From IMG/VR virus record IMGVR_UViG_3300028840_007214: DNA of 64,000 nt; one strand, 5' to 3'. This stretch comes from an uncultured virus (IMG/VR IMGVR_UViG_3300028840_007214). Taxonomy: Duplodnaviria > Heunggongvirae > Uroviricota > Caudoviricetes. The position numbers were made by a program, and so were the translations under genes. Position 1 is the stretch's first letter; the number at the start of each line of letters is the position of its first letter. Below the pieces are notes generated by a model. It saw only the letters and a program-made list of their open reading frames with translations, ran no database searches and was not told the origin of the DNA. Positions 13,335 through 23,039 of the stretch are shown here, piece after piece.

Positions 13335-13793
13335 ATGATCACGCAACTCTCCGGTAATCCTCAAGAAGATATTAGCACTACCTTAAGCGATCTGGGTACT
13401 TTGAGAAGTACTCTCAAAGAGAACAATAAAAAGCTCTTTGATTTGAGAAATGATCTCTATGCTAAGAAACGTCAAAAGAAAGCAAAACAAAAGGAACTAA
13501 CTCAAGCCCACGATCGTCTAAAAGCGACAATTGCAAATGAAATGGCTCCCGGTTCAAGCAAACCAAAGTTTTCAAATGAAGTCAAGAGACAAGCAGAGTT
13601 TTTAGAGCGTTCTGCAGGTGATCCTACTTGCCGTGAGTTAGAAGAACAAATTGATGCGTTAACTCTTAAAGTCTCTGAGATTGAAGTTGGCATCGAGAGT
13701 GTTCTTTTTGAGCAAAGTTTGTTCAAAGATGATTATGCTCTTGGTATTCAGTTACTAAAGGTTTTAGATACTCAATTGGGAATGTCTAAATAA
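13335..13793 (+). CDS. Coiled-coil protein, possibly a UvsY-like recombination mediator
   Basis: RBS ggagg before ATG 13335; helical hairpin around KFSNEVKRQAE. Family call is tentative. Confidence 0.45.
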   Translation: MITQLSGNPQEDISTTLSDLGTLRSTLKENNKKLFDLRNDLYAKKRQKKAKQKELTQAHDRLKATIANEMAPGSSKPKFSNEVKRQAEFLERSAGDPTCRELEEQIDALTLKVSEIEVGIESVLFEQSLFKDDYALGIQLLKVLDTQLGMSK

Positions 13794-14434
13794 TGCAGAC
13801 ATGCTCAAAATGTAAGAAAGAGCTGGTTGTTAAAGATGCAATGTTTTTCTGGCGAGGGCACTATTTTACAGGGCTTGTTTGTGAAGAATGTAAGGCTTTA
13901 TATGATAATCCAGATGACAGTTTTTTAGCACATGTTAAAAAGACGGCAGAGGCAGAAGTTGTAGAAGATGCGATCTTTGCTTTAGTTGCTGACAGACCTG
14001 TCAAATTTTCTGTTCGCAATAATTGCCCCTATTGCACTTCAACTGATGTCCAGATGATTTCAAGATACTCCACAGTTAATTATCCTGATCCTCATTTTTC
14101 AGATAATTGCGTATGTACAGCCTGCGAAAGATCTTTTTGCCGTGAGAGAAAAGGAGCAAATATTTGGTTTACATCTAAAGGTAAAGTGCTCTTAGGAATG
14201 CCTTCTTGTTTCGAGTCCTATACTTACACATGTAGGCATTGTGGCGGAGATGTACAACGAGAGTATCGTGAGCTTGATGGAGTTACCTTACTTGTTGGGA
14301 ATGCTTTAAGATCTGCTGAGGGTAAACCACAATTTCGCCCTTTCTATAAGTGTTCTAAATGTAATCGCGAGATAGAATATCCAGAGAACTATTGGAGTCC
14401 GAAGAGAGAGCATGGACAGACAACAGTCAATTAA
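13793..14434 (+). CDS. Multi-Zn-ribbon protein
   Basis: Six CxxC motifs (CSKC, CEEC, CPYC, CTAC, CRHC, CSKC). Confidence 0.6.
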   Translation: MQTCSKCKKELVVKDAMFFWRGHYFTGLVCEECKALYDNPDDSFLAHVKKTAEAEVVEDAIFALVADRPVKFSVRNNCPYCTSTDVQMISRYSTVNYPDPHFSDNCVCTACERSFCRERKGANIWFTSKGKVLLGMPSCFESYTYTCRHCGGDVQREYRELDGVTLLVGNALRSAEGKPQFRPFYKCSKCNREIEYPENYWSPKREHGQTTVN

Positions 14435-14666
14435 AAAATGGTTAGAGGCCGTAAAAGACCTAGGTGAGAACTTAGATCAAAAAGGTTTCGGTGATTTGAT
14501 GCTAGAGATGTTTTTGTTGGGTTCTCATTTACCAGGCTTGTCTAAAGAGATTTTAGAGCAAGCGGAGTTCCATAAGAAGTTGGAAGCTGTGCGTTTTGAA
14601 TTGAATAAACGTGAGCAGCAGGTCGCTATTACTTTGAAGATCTTAAGAGATAAAGGTCTTGTGTGA
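14412..14666 (+). CDS. Hypothetical helical protein
   Basis: 84 aa ORF coupled to its neighbours. Confidence 0.55.
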   Translation: MDRQQSIKKWLEAVKDLGENLDQKGFGDLMLEMFLLGSHLPGLSKEILEQAEFHKKLEAVRFELNKREQQVAITLKILRDKGLV

Positions 14667-15118
14667 AACCCTCTCAGGTCAAAGCTTTTTGGACTATTTA
14701 CCGTTCTAGGGCGTTCAAGAAAGAACTTGAGCGGCATTTTTCTAAGATTCAAGAATACGCTAATTTCGAAATTTTGCATGAAAAGTTCTCATACGCCAAT
14801 TCAGGTTTAATACTAAATCGCTCATCTGCCTTTGTTTGCAAAGCACTCAAAATTTACGATCGTTATACTCAGAGTTTATTGCCCGTGGTGCTAGATCGCA
14901 CAACTAAAATTGCTCATTTGCTAATTCGAATTCCCAAGTTTGAAAACCTCTATAAGATCCTTAGGAATTCAGAGTTAAAAGTTGGAGATCTCTTAGAGCT
15001 AGAGAGATTTTGGAATTTACCTCTTAAAGGTTTAGGTCCGAAGAATTTTGCTTATTTGTATTATTGTTTAGAGAGACACAATCTAAGGATAGAGCGTTGC
15101 AGATGGATCTTGGTATAA
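14663..15118 (+). CDS. Putative HTH plus RNA polymerase alpha-CTD-like protein
   Basis: C-terminus LYKILRNSELKVGDLLEL...LKGLGPKNFAYL...LERHNL resembles the alpha-CTD pattern; upstream FSYANSGLILNRSSAFV is HTH-like. Confidence 0.45.
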   Translation: MKPSQVKAFWTIYRSRAFKKELERHFSKIQEYANFEILHEKFSYANSGLILNRSSAFVCKALKIYDRYTQSLLPVVLDRTTKIAHLLIRIPKFENLYKILRNSELKVGDLLELERFWNLPLKGLGPKNFAYLYYCLERHNLRIERCRWILV

Positions 15119-16062
15119 TTGGGCACACAAAGAGTATTAGTTTAGCTCAAGCACTCATTGAGAAGAAGTCACGTTCATACTTCTTTGTTGGGCAAACGGG
15201 TATAGGTAAGAAGACAGTAGCTACTGCTTTAATTCGTTCTTTATTGTGTCTCGAAACTGGATCAGAAGAATGTCAGTGCCAATCTTGTTCTTTGTTTGAA
15301 AAAAGAACGCATCCCGATTTTAAATATCTTGTGCGTGATGGGAAATATTTTAAGATCGAGCAGATTCATCTGTTGCAGAAAGAATGTTCAAGAAGACCGA
15401 AGATCGGGCAGTATAAGGCATTTCTAATTGCCGAAACAGACAAGATGACAAGCCGAGCCGCAAATGCTCTTCTCAAAACTTTAGAAGAACCTCCTGATTA
15501 TGTTTTTATCTTTTTAATTGCACAGGATGCAAATCTTGTTTTACCTACAATTAAATCTCGTTGTTCTGTTATTAAGTTTAAACCTTTAACAGAAGATGCT
15601 GTAAAACAAGTTTTAGAGCACAAAGATTTTTACGGTGATCTTGAGTTAGCTTCGAAGTTGTCTTTTGGTAGTGTGCGAAAAGCGATTTCCTGTATTTCAG
15701 GCACAGCATTGGATGTTAGAGATCGTGCTCTACAATTATTGGTTGAGCTTTCTGATTATCATATCTATCGTATTTTTGAACTAGGTGATTCCGGAGTTGA
15801 TGCGCTCTTTGTTGACTTTCTTCAGCTCTTAGTTTATGATCTATTAGCTATCAAGAAAGAAGGCACTCTTAAAAATATTGACCGTGCTGAAGAATTACAG
15901 AATTTAGCTTCAAAGTACACACAAGAGTTTCTTGTACAGGCTATTAGACGTTTAGTGAGTTTTAAAAATCGAAGTTGGTTCAACATCAATTTTCCTTTAC
16001 ATTTCAGTCAGCTGATTTTAGAATTAAAAGCGCTGAATTCAAAATATAAGGCAGTATGCTAA
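15103..16062 (+). CDS. holB: DNA polymerase III clamp-loader delta-prime subunit
   Basis: GQTGIGKKT, Zn motif C..CQCQSC, HPDF, AANALLKTLEEPP, LPTIKSRC. Confidence 0.92.
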   Translation: MDLGIIGHTKSISLAQALIEKKSRSYFFVGQTGIGKKTVATALIRSLLCLETGSEECQCQSCSLFEKRTHPDFKYLVRDGKYFKIEQIHLLQKECSRRPKIGQYKAFLIAETDKMTSRAANALLKTLEEPPDYVFIFLIAQDANLVLPTIKSRCSVIKFKPLTEDAVKQVLEHKDFYGDLELASKLSFGSVRKAISCISGTALDVRDRALQLLVELSDYHIYRIFELGDSGVDALFVDFLQLLVYDLLAIKKEGTLKNIDRAEELQNLASKYTQEFLVQAIRRLVSFKNRSWFNINFPLHFSQLILELKALNSKYKAVC

Positions 16063-17024
16063 AAGGTTTCTTAGATGCACGAAAGAAGATAGCGAAGAAG
16101 AACTTGAAGTCTGTTTATTTCCTTTGGGGAGACGAAGACTTCTTCAAGGATACTTTAGTTGATCAAATTATAAATCTTTGTTCTGATTATGATCTTGTTC
16201 GATTTTTTCCGAATACCCCGTATGTTCAAGTATTAGATGCGCTTGATGAAGATGACTTCTTTAACCGGCAACAGTTGATCATCATTAATGACTTTGATAA
16301 AGCTGATTATCGTGATAAGATAATAAAGCAAATATCCAAGAAAACTTTTGATGACGTGCTCCTTGTCTTAAAATCAGAAAAGAGCTTTAAACCTTTGCTC
16401 GAGAATTCAAACGTTTTCTCATTCGAGAGTAAAAAGTTAAAACTCTATGATGAGAGTGTTCCAAATTTTATAACCGCGATTGTAAAAGGTACAGGCTATT
16501 CAATCGACGATTCCGCTACTAAATTTCTAATTTCAATTTGTAAGAATGATTTAAGCGCTCTAGTAAATGAGCTTAGAAAAGTCTTTTGTATTAAAGAAAA
16601 AGGATCTTTGATCAAGATCGCTGATTTGAAAGATATCGTTTATATCGGGCATAAAGATGACATTTTTGAACTTACAGAACTTCTAGCCAAGAAGGACTTA
16701 AAAGCAATCCTTCATTTAATGTCTGATTTAGCAGTAACCGAAGATGGAGTTATTGGTACAACGATATATTTGTTCAAACACTTTAAAAAGCTCTGCACAA
16801 TTGTTGATATGCTCAAAAATGATTTCACTCATGGTGAAATAAGCAGCCATCTAAAATTACCTTATTTCGTAGTTAAAGAACTTGAAAAACAAGCGAACAA
16901 GATCACCATGAAAAAGTTGTTATCCTTTTTCAAAAAATTATGTGACATAGATCTAAAAACAAAAAGCACAAATGTAGACGGTTTTACTTTGCTGAGTAAG
17001 TTTTTTATAGAAGCTTGTCAATAA
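16056..17024 (+). CDS. holA: DNA polymerase III clamp-loader delta subunit
   Basis: VYFLWGDEDF, NELRK, DIFELTE...KKD, LCDIDLKTKS: HolA motif order and size. Confidence 0.85.
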   Translation: MLKGFLDARKKIAKKNLKSVYFLWGDEDFFKDTLVDQIINLCSDYDLVRFFPNTPYVQVLDALDEDDFFNRQQLIIINDFDKADYRDKIIKQISKKTFDDVLLVLKSEKSFKPLLENSNVFSFESKKLKLYDESVPNFITAIVKGTGYSIDDSATKFLISICKNDLSALVNELRKVFCIKEKGSLIKIADLKDIVYIGHKDDIFELTELLAKKDLKAILHLMSDLAVTEDGVIGTTIYLFKHFKKLCTIVDMLKNDFTHGEISSHLKLPYFVVKELEKQANKITMKKLLSFFKKLCDIDLKTKSTNVDGFTLLSKFFIEACQ

Positions 17025-17065
17025 ATCTTTACTTTTTCCTTTTGTATATTAGGCAGGAGGGTGAG

Positions 17066-17356
17066 ATGAGTAATGAAATTTTACCAGTTACTGCGCATGT
17101 TCGTCTCCCGATGTGCTGTGCTGTAAAATTTAAAGTACCTGGATCTTGGTCCTCAAAAGGCGAAGAGCAATTTAAAAAGAGCATACAAAGGTTAGCTGTT
17201 GAATTAGTTGATTCAGCTCTGCCTCAAATCTTAGAAATAAAGATTGATGATCCTGATCTTATTGATTTCGCTAAAACTCAAGGTATCGAAAATATAGCAG
17301 AGCTTGAATTTGAGTCTAATGGTAATTTGACCGTCACTGATCTTATCTCTTCTTGA
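17066..17356 (+). CDS. Hypothetical protein
   Basis: Strong RBS ggagg before ATG 17066. Confidence 0.55.
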   Translation: MSNEILPVTAHVRLPMCCAVKFKVPGSWSSKGEEQFKKSIQRLAVELVDSALPQILEIKIDDPDLIDFAKTQGIENIAELEFESNGNLTVTDLISS

Positions 17357-17367
17357 TCGTGCTTTCT

Positions 17368-17964
17368 ATGTCTTTCCTTCAGAAAACAAATCTTGCTCAA
17401 AAGATCAGAGAGTGTCGTAAATGCCCTGTACGTAAAGAGATTCGTATGCCTGTGCCAGGTGAAGGCCCTGATGATGCCATAGTTGTTTTCATTGGTCGTA
17501 ATCCCGGTAAAAATGAAGACAAGAAGAATCGCCCTTTTATTGGTAGAGCGGGTGTTCTTTTAGATAAGATTATTAAGTTTCTTGGTCTAACGCGAGATCA
17601 GTGCGGTATCGTTAATACAATACGTTGTTTTACACCAAAGAATCGCGCACCAACACCTGAAGAGATCGAAACTTGTAAGTTTTGGTTAATGCGAGAGTTA
17701 GCATTTTTCTCTGAGAAGAGGATTTTATTCCCTTGCGGCGCTGAGGCTTTTAGATCTTTTTTACCACAATGTCGTGATAATATTTCTAAGGTTGTAGGTA
17801 AAGCTTTTCGTCCAGAAGGCTCAAAGATTACTACGATACCTTTATTCCATCCTGCTTACATTTTGAGAAATCCTAGCAAAGAAACAGAACTGTTTAATTT
17901 TACTTTACCTCGAGTTAAGAACTATCTTGATCAAAGGTTAGAAGAGTTAAAAAATGAAAGTTGA
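17368..17964 (+). CDS. Uracil-DNA glycosylase family 4 (Fe-S)-like protein
   Basis: CRKC, VPGEG, GRNPG, RPFIGRAG, N..RC..P.NR.P...E...C, HPAYILR. Confidence 0.9.
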   Translation: MSFLQKTNLAQKIRECRKCPVRKEIRMPVPGEGPDDAIVVFIGRNPGKNEDKKNRPFIGRAGVLLDKIIKFLGLTRDQCGIVNTIRCFTPKNRAPTPEEIETCKFWLMRELAFFSEKRILFPCGAEAFRSFLPQCRDNISKVVGKAFRPEGSKITTIPLFHPAYILRNPSKETELFNFTLPRVKNYLDQRLEELKNES

Positions 17965-19900
17965 AGAGTTAGAACTTTTGATTCGCGCGCACAAAGAGAT
18001 GTACACACATGGCTTAACATCTCTTTTGCCCGATCTTGATCCTATTTCAGATGCTGAGTTTGATGCTTTAGTCGATACGCTTAGATCATTAGCTCCTGAG
18101 TCTGTTGTGTTAGATGAAGTAGGTGCTAAAGTTCCTGAGAGTTCTACTCTTGCTAAAGTCGCCCATCTAGTCCCCATGGTGAGTTTAGATAAAGTTACCT
18201 CTATTGAAGAGTTCGAAAAGTGGATTAACCAAAATAATAAGATTTTAGATCATAGGCAATCAGATGAGCTATTTACTAAAGCACATATAGAAGATCTTGT
18301 TCTTTCCTTAAAGGCTGATGGTGTTTCAGTTGAGCTTGAATACGAAGAAGGCAAAGTCACCAGAGCCTCTACTCGAGGAGACGGTTTTGTTGGTGAAGAT
18401 ATCACCAAGCAAGTTCGCAAGATGCAAGGGTTTAAAGAAGAGATTTCAAGAAAAGAGAAGATATACTTGCGCGGTGAAATGATTTTGACCAATGAGTTAC
18501 ATCAGAAATACTTCTCTAACATGAAAAATGCGCGCAATGCTGTTAGCGGAATTGTCAAAAGATTAGATACTGTAGGTTGCGAGCATATACAAATCCTCTA
18601 TTTCAGTGTAATAGGTATACCCCTTAAAGAGGAATTTGATAAACTCTTATTCCTCAAAGAATTAGGCTTGCCTCGCATACCAACTTGGCTTATTAAAGTT
18701 GGAGACTTAGAGAACCTTGTTCCTAAATTTGAGGAGAAGCGCTCTAAGTTTGCTTATGAAATTGATGGTTTGGTTCTAAAAGTAAATGCTTTATGGCTTG
18801 CCCAACAACTTGATCTCAATAGGGTGCTTGAAGGAAAGAACCCCAAAAGTCAGATTGCTTATAAGTTTCAGTCTGAGAAAAAAGTTTCTAAGCTCATCGC
18901 TATCGAATGGAGCCTTGGGGCTCGTGGGCATGTTACGCCGATCGGAGTGGTTGAACCTATAGATCTTGGTGGTGTGACTGTTCAAAGAGCTTCCTTAGCA
19001 AATGTCGCTGAGATTCATAGGTTAGGTGTGCGTATAGGAGATGATGTTTTAGTTGAGCGAGCAAATGATGTTATACCGAAGATCTTGAAGGTGGTCAAAG
19101 AAGGAGATGATCGTTCTTTAAATATTCCTGAGCAATGTCCGAATTGTGATTCTGTCTTAAGTTTTGATGATACCTTCTTGACTTGCCTCAATAGAGACTG
19201 TTCAGGGAAGAAATCTGGATCGGTGCGCACCTGGATTGTTAATCTTGGAATCAAAGATTTTGGCGAGCATTTAATCGATCAATTGGTTGACAAACAGATT
19301 GTGTGTTCGATTTCTGATCTTTATGCGTTGAAAATCGCTGATCTTGTTGAGCATATTGACCGTTTTGGTGAGCGCAGTTCTAGAAAGGCTCTTAAGAACT
19401 TGCATGACCGCAAAGAGTTAACTTTAGCTCTCTTTCTAGGTTCTTTAGGTATAAAGAATTGTTCAGAGTCTACTTTCAAGCTTTTAGTCAATGCTGGTTA
19501 TGATACGTTAGATAAAATTTTGAAAGTGCAAGTCTCAGATATCCTGCCTATAAAAGGCATTGCTGAAAAGACGGCAGTTATGATAGTTGAAGGCTTAAAA
19601 GACAAGTTAGACGAGATTACCGCGCTTACAAGACATCTTAAAATCATTGAAGGCAGTCAGCAGAGAGAAGGAGTTTTGTCAGGTTTAACTTTTCAAACGA
19701 CCAAGAAGTTGCCTATTTCTAGAAAGGATTGGGAAACCCTTGTAAAACAGAATGGTGGTCTAATAAAAGGAGTAGGCAAAGGTTTAGATTATCTTGTGAC
19801 TGAGTTTCCTGACGCTGATTCAAGCAAGCTTCGAAAAGCTAAAAAATTGGATATAAAGATCATTTCATATAATGAATTTATAGAGCTCTTGAAGGGATAA
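17954..19900 (+). CDS. ligA: NAD-dependent DNA ligase
   Basis: ISDAEFD, PMVSLDK, KADG adenylation motif, TRGDG, RGE, IDGLVLK, AYKF, Zn finger, HhH repeats, BRCT-like end. Confidence 0.96.
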   Translation: MKVEELELLIRAHKEMYTHGLTSLLPDLDPISDAEFDALVDTLRSLAPESVVLDEVGAKVPESSTLAKVAHLVPMVSLDKVTSIEEFEKWINQNNKILDHRQSDELFTKAHIEDLVLSLKADGVSVELEYEEGKVTRASTRGDGFVGEDITKQVRKMQGFKEEISRKEKIYLRGEMILTNELHQKYFSNMKNARNAVSGIVKRLDTVGCEHIQILYFSVIGIPLKEEFDKLLFLKELGLPRIPTWLIKVGDLENLVPKFEEKRSKFAYEIDGLVLKVNALWLAQQLDLNRVLEGKNPKSQIAYKFQSEKKVSKLIAIEWSLGARGHVTPIGVVEPIDLGGVTVQRASLANVAEIHRLGVRIGDDVLVERANDVIPKILKVVKEGDDRSLNIPEQCPNCDSVLSFDDTFLTCLNRDCSGKKSGSVRTWIVNLGIKDFGEHLIDQLVDKQIVCSISDLYALKIADLVEHIDRFGERSSRKALKNLHDRKELTLALFLGSLGIKNCSESTFKLLVNAGYDTLDKILKVQVSDILPIKGIAEKTAVMIVEGLKDKLDEITALTRHLKIIEGSQQREGVLSGLTFQTTKKLPISRKDWETLVKQNGGLIKGVGKGLDYLVTEFPDADSSKLRKAKKLDIKIISYNEFIELLKG

Positions 19901-19902
19901 GA

Positions 19903-20508
19903 ATGCTTAATTTAACACAAAGAAAAATTGTCAGGCAAGCGTTAAAAGATTTACATTCAGATCATGTGCTTACTTCTCTTGAAGAAGTGCATAAAGCTTG
20001 CGCAAATGTCTTTAAGCAAAAGCATCTCAAAGTATCTAAGAGTGCGCTTAAAGAAGCCCTATTAGAAGAAGAGAAGGCTTTTTGTAAAGAGTCGAAGGCT
20101 TCAGCAAGAAGAAGAAATTACACAAAGAGGGCAAAACCTAGAAATCTTGAAGAAGGTTCTCGAGCCCATTACACAAACGCTGAACGCAATTTTGTTCAGA
20201 CTATTATGAAGACTCTAAACAAGCACACATCATATGATTTAATTCGTGGAAAACATGTAGAAAAAGTGATCGATATCTTTAGAGAACTCTATCCAAAGAT
20301 TTTTGGTAATGATCCTTTTAGGACAGATCAGGCTATCAAAGCTTTGATCAGAAGAGAGCAAAAAAGAGTGCAATATGGATTTCAAAGATACCTACCGAGC
20401 ATTTGTGAAGATGATTATCGAGATATGGATGAGATACGGCGCAGACTTAGAAAATTAGTGGTGCGCCGAGTCAAACGTGTTGAAGACGAGCAACCTTTCA
20501 TCCTTTAG
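19903..20508 (+). CDS. Basic putative DNA-binding protein, Myb/SANT-like pattern
   Basis: HYTNAER ... FRTDQAIKA pattern; very K/R-rich. Confidence 0.4.
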   Translation: MLNLTQRKIVRQALKDLHSDHVLTSLEEVHKACANVFKQKHLKVSKSALKEALLEEEKAFCKESKASARRRNYTKRAKPRNLEEGSRAHYTNAERNFVQTIMKTLNKHTSYDLIRGKHVEKVIDIFRELYPKIFGNDPFRTDQAIKALIRREQKRVQYGFQRYLPSICEDDYRDMDEIRRRLRKLVVRRVKRVEDEQPFIL

Positions 20509-20515
20509 ATGCGAT

Positions 20516-22681
20516 ATGTCCAAATCAGAAGTTCTCCAAGGTTTTGTAAAAAGAGTCATTGCTCAAAAAGAGGAATGGCTTTGTTTCAAAATGTCCAATG
20601 ACTTCTTTCTAGAAGTCACTGTTGTTGGTAGCTTAAACTGTCAGGTTTGCAAAGATCAAGAAGTCAAAGTATTTGGGCAATTTGTTGAGCACCCCACTTG
20701 GGGTCAGCAATTTAAAGCGACTCGAATTGAATTCCTTTCATTCAAGAGTAAAGAAGCTGCTAAAGATTTTATAAAAGTCCTATTACCAAGCCTAACATCT
20801 AAGACCGTAAATAAAATTGTTGCTAAACATAAAGAGAAAGCTTTAGAAGTTTTAGAGAGCAACATAGATGATTTTGATTTTCTAACTGCTGATCAAAAAA
20901 ACTATATTCAACATACTCTTCTTCAGCACAAAGAACAAAGAGAAGGACTTGAATTTTTATTCGACTTAGATTTGAGTCCTTATCTTTGCGCACGTGCTAT
21001 TGAGGAGTTTGGAAGTTCTTTAACTGCGAAAGTTAAGGAGGATCCTTTTTGTTTGTTAGAAGTTGAAGGATTTCCTTTTGCTGAAGTAGATAAAGTTGCT
21101 CGCAAATTTAAGATCAAAAAAGATTCCCCTCAAAGAGTTCGAGCAGTTATTTTTCACGTTTTAGATCGCATAATTCCATTTCGCGGGCATCTCTTCGCTT
21201 CGATGTCTGATATCTTTTCAGAGATCAAGACTTTAAATTCTGAAATTGAGCCTATCCCTTTATCAAAAGATATTATTTTTAAAGGACTAAAACAGTTACG
21301 TGATGCGGGTAAGATCATTGTGGAATCACGAAGAATTTATTCGAAGAAATGGTTCGAGTTTGAAGATAAAGCTGCACAGAAACTAAATGGGTTTTCAGGC
21401 AAACCAAAGCTGAAGATTAATATCGAGAAATTTATACGAGATTATAGTATTCGTTTTAATGTTAAATTTAGTGATGAGCAAGAAGAAGCTATAAGAGCTA
21501 CGGCTGAACATAAGATCTTTGTAATCACAGGGTATCCAGGAACTGGTAAAACTTTCGTAACTAAAGTTCTTGTTGATCTATTTAAGAAACAGAATCTCTC
21601 TTTTGCTTTGTTAACACCTACAGGTATCTCAGCAAAGAAATTAAGTTTAGTTACAGGAGACTCAGCCGGAACTATTCATCGCACTCTTGGGTATAAAGGC
21701 CGCTTCAAACCATGGTCCTTTAACGCAGAACAAAAATTTGCGACCGATGTTGTAGTTATCGATGAATCTAGTATGGTTGATCAAGAATTATTTTACCGTT
21801 TATTAGATGCTTTGCCTTCAGAAGCAATGTTGATCTTCATTGGGGATGTTGCACAATTACCAAGTGTGGGTCCGGGTAATGTTTTGCGTGATCTTATTGA
21901 CTCTGAATGTATTAAAGTCGTTAATTTCAAACAAATCTTTAGACAGAGTGAAGGCAGTGCAATTAAAATCAACGCGAAGAGAATTAATGAAGGGGAAATG
22001 GTTGATTTAAAAGAGAAGTCACACTTTTATTTTATTCCTGAAACGCATCATACGAAGATGCAAAAATTGATCGTTGGTCTGGCGAAAAAATTCAAAGGGC
22101 AAGATTGTCAAATTCTAAGCCCGAAGAAGGCAAGCTTAATAGGTACACATTCTTTGAATAAAGCCTTAAAAGAAGCATTAAATCCTCCCTTAGATGAAGA
22201 GTTGGGAGTTAAGAGGCAAGAGATTGTTCTAAGTAAATATTTAGATTTTCGCGTAGATGATAAAGTAATGGTAACAAAGAATGACTATGAACAAGAAGTG
22301 TTTAATGGTGATTGCGGCAAAATTTTAAGCATTGATCAAAAGAACAAAGAAATTTGTTTTTCAGTAGAAGGTTCTAATCAAAATTATAATTATTCATTTG
22401 CGCAAGCAAAACAAAGGCTTCAGCATGCTTTCGCAATTACAGTTCATAAATCACAAGGGTTAGAATATGATGTGATTATTTTTCCTTTTACAAAGACTTT
22501 TTATAATCAGTTGTACCGAAATTTGTTGTATACTGCTACCACGCGTGCTGCTAAAAGAGTTTTCATAATCGGAGATGAAAAAGCGATCAAAAAAGCGATT
22601 GATAACAATAAGATCGTTCGTCGAAATACTTTTTTATCTTTCCGAATTAAAAAGTATTTTCTAGACGAAGATTTCTTGTAA
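20516..22681 (+). CDS. recD2: RecD2-like SF1B helicase
   Basis: HPTWGQQF, TGYPGTGKT, TIHRTL, DESSM, GDVAQLPSVGPG, FRQ, NGD.G, AITVHKSQG, LLYTATTRA. Confidence 0.95.
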   Translation: MSKSEVLQGFVKRVIAQKEEWLCFKMSNDFFLEVTVVGSLNCQVCKDQEVKVFGQFVEHPTWGQQFKATRIEFLSFKSKEAAKDFIKVLLPSLTSKTVNKIVAKHKEKALEVLESNIDDFDFLTADQKNYIQHTLLQHKEQREGLEFLFDLDLSPYLCARAIEEFGSSLTAKVKEDPFCLLEVEGFPFAEVDKVARKFKIKKDSPQRVRAVIFHVLDRIIPFRGHLFASMSDIFSEIKTLNSEIEPIPLSKDIIFKGLKQLRDAGKIIVESRRIYSKKWFEFEDKAAQKLNGFSGKPKLKINIEKFIRDYSIRFNVKFSDEQEEAIRATAEHKIFVITGYPGTGKTFVTKVLVDLFKKQNLSFALLTPTGISAKKLSLVTGDSAGTIHRTLGYKGRFKPWSFNAEQKFATDVVVIDESSMVDQELFYRLLDALPSEAMLIFIGDVAQLPSVGPGNVLRDLIDSECIKVVNFKQIFRQSEGSAIKINAKRINEGEMVDLKEKSHFYFIPETHHTKMQKLIVGLAKKFKGQDCQILSPKKASLIGTHSLNKALKEALNPPLDEELGVKRQEIVLSKYLDFRVDDKVMVTKNDYEQEVFNGDCGKILSIDQKNKEICFSVEGSNQNYNYSFAQAKQRLQHAFAITVHKSQGLEYDVIIFPFTKTFYNQLYRNLLYTATTRAAKRVFIIGDEKAIKKAIDNNKIVRRNTFLSFRIKKYFLDEDFL

Positions 22682-22694
22682 AATAGGTAGTTAA

Positions 22695-23036
22695 ATGGAT
22701 TCACACCAACTCAGAAAAACAATGAAGATCAAAAAAGTTATTGCCGCTGCGAGTTTTTGGGGTCAGTTTAAATTTCGTGGTGATAGTTTCTTAGAGTTTG
22801 AGGCTGTTTGTTCGGGGCAGGATGGTTGGTCTTTAGAAGAAGCAAAACAAGTGCATCTTGAGTTGGCCAAAGAAGTAACTTTAGGCTGTGCTCTAGATGC
22901 TATAACACGAGGTCAAATTAGTAAAGAAAATTTCGCAAAAATACAATCTAGTACAATAAACACATATGATAAGATGATGTCGAAATTAAATAATGTAGAA
23001 GAACATTTAGATGAAGAAACTAAACAGGAGAGCTAA
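22695..23036 (+). CDS. Hypothetical protein
   Basis: 113 aa ORF in the replication operon. Confidence 0.55.
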   Translation: MDSHQLRKTMKIKKVIAAASFWGQFKFRGDSFLEFEAVCSGQDGWSLEEAKQVHLELAKEVTLGCALDAITRGQISKENFAKIQSSTINTYDKMMSKLNNVEEHLDEETKQES

Positions 23037-23039
23037 TAG

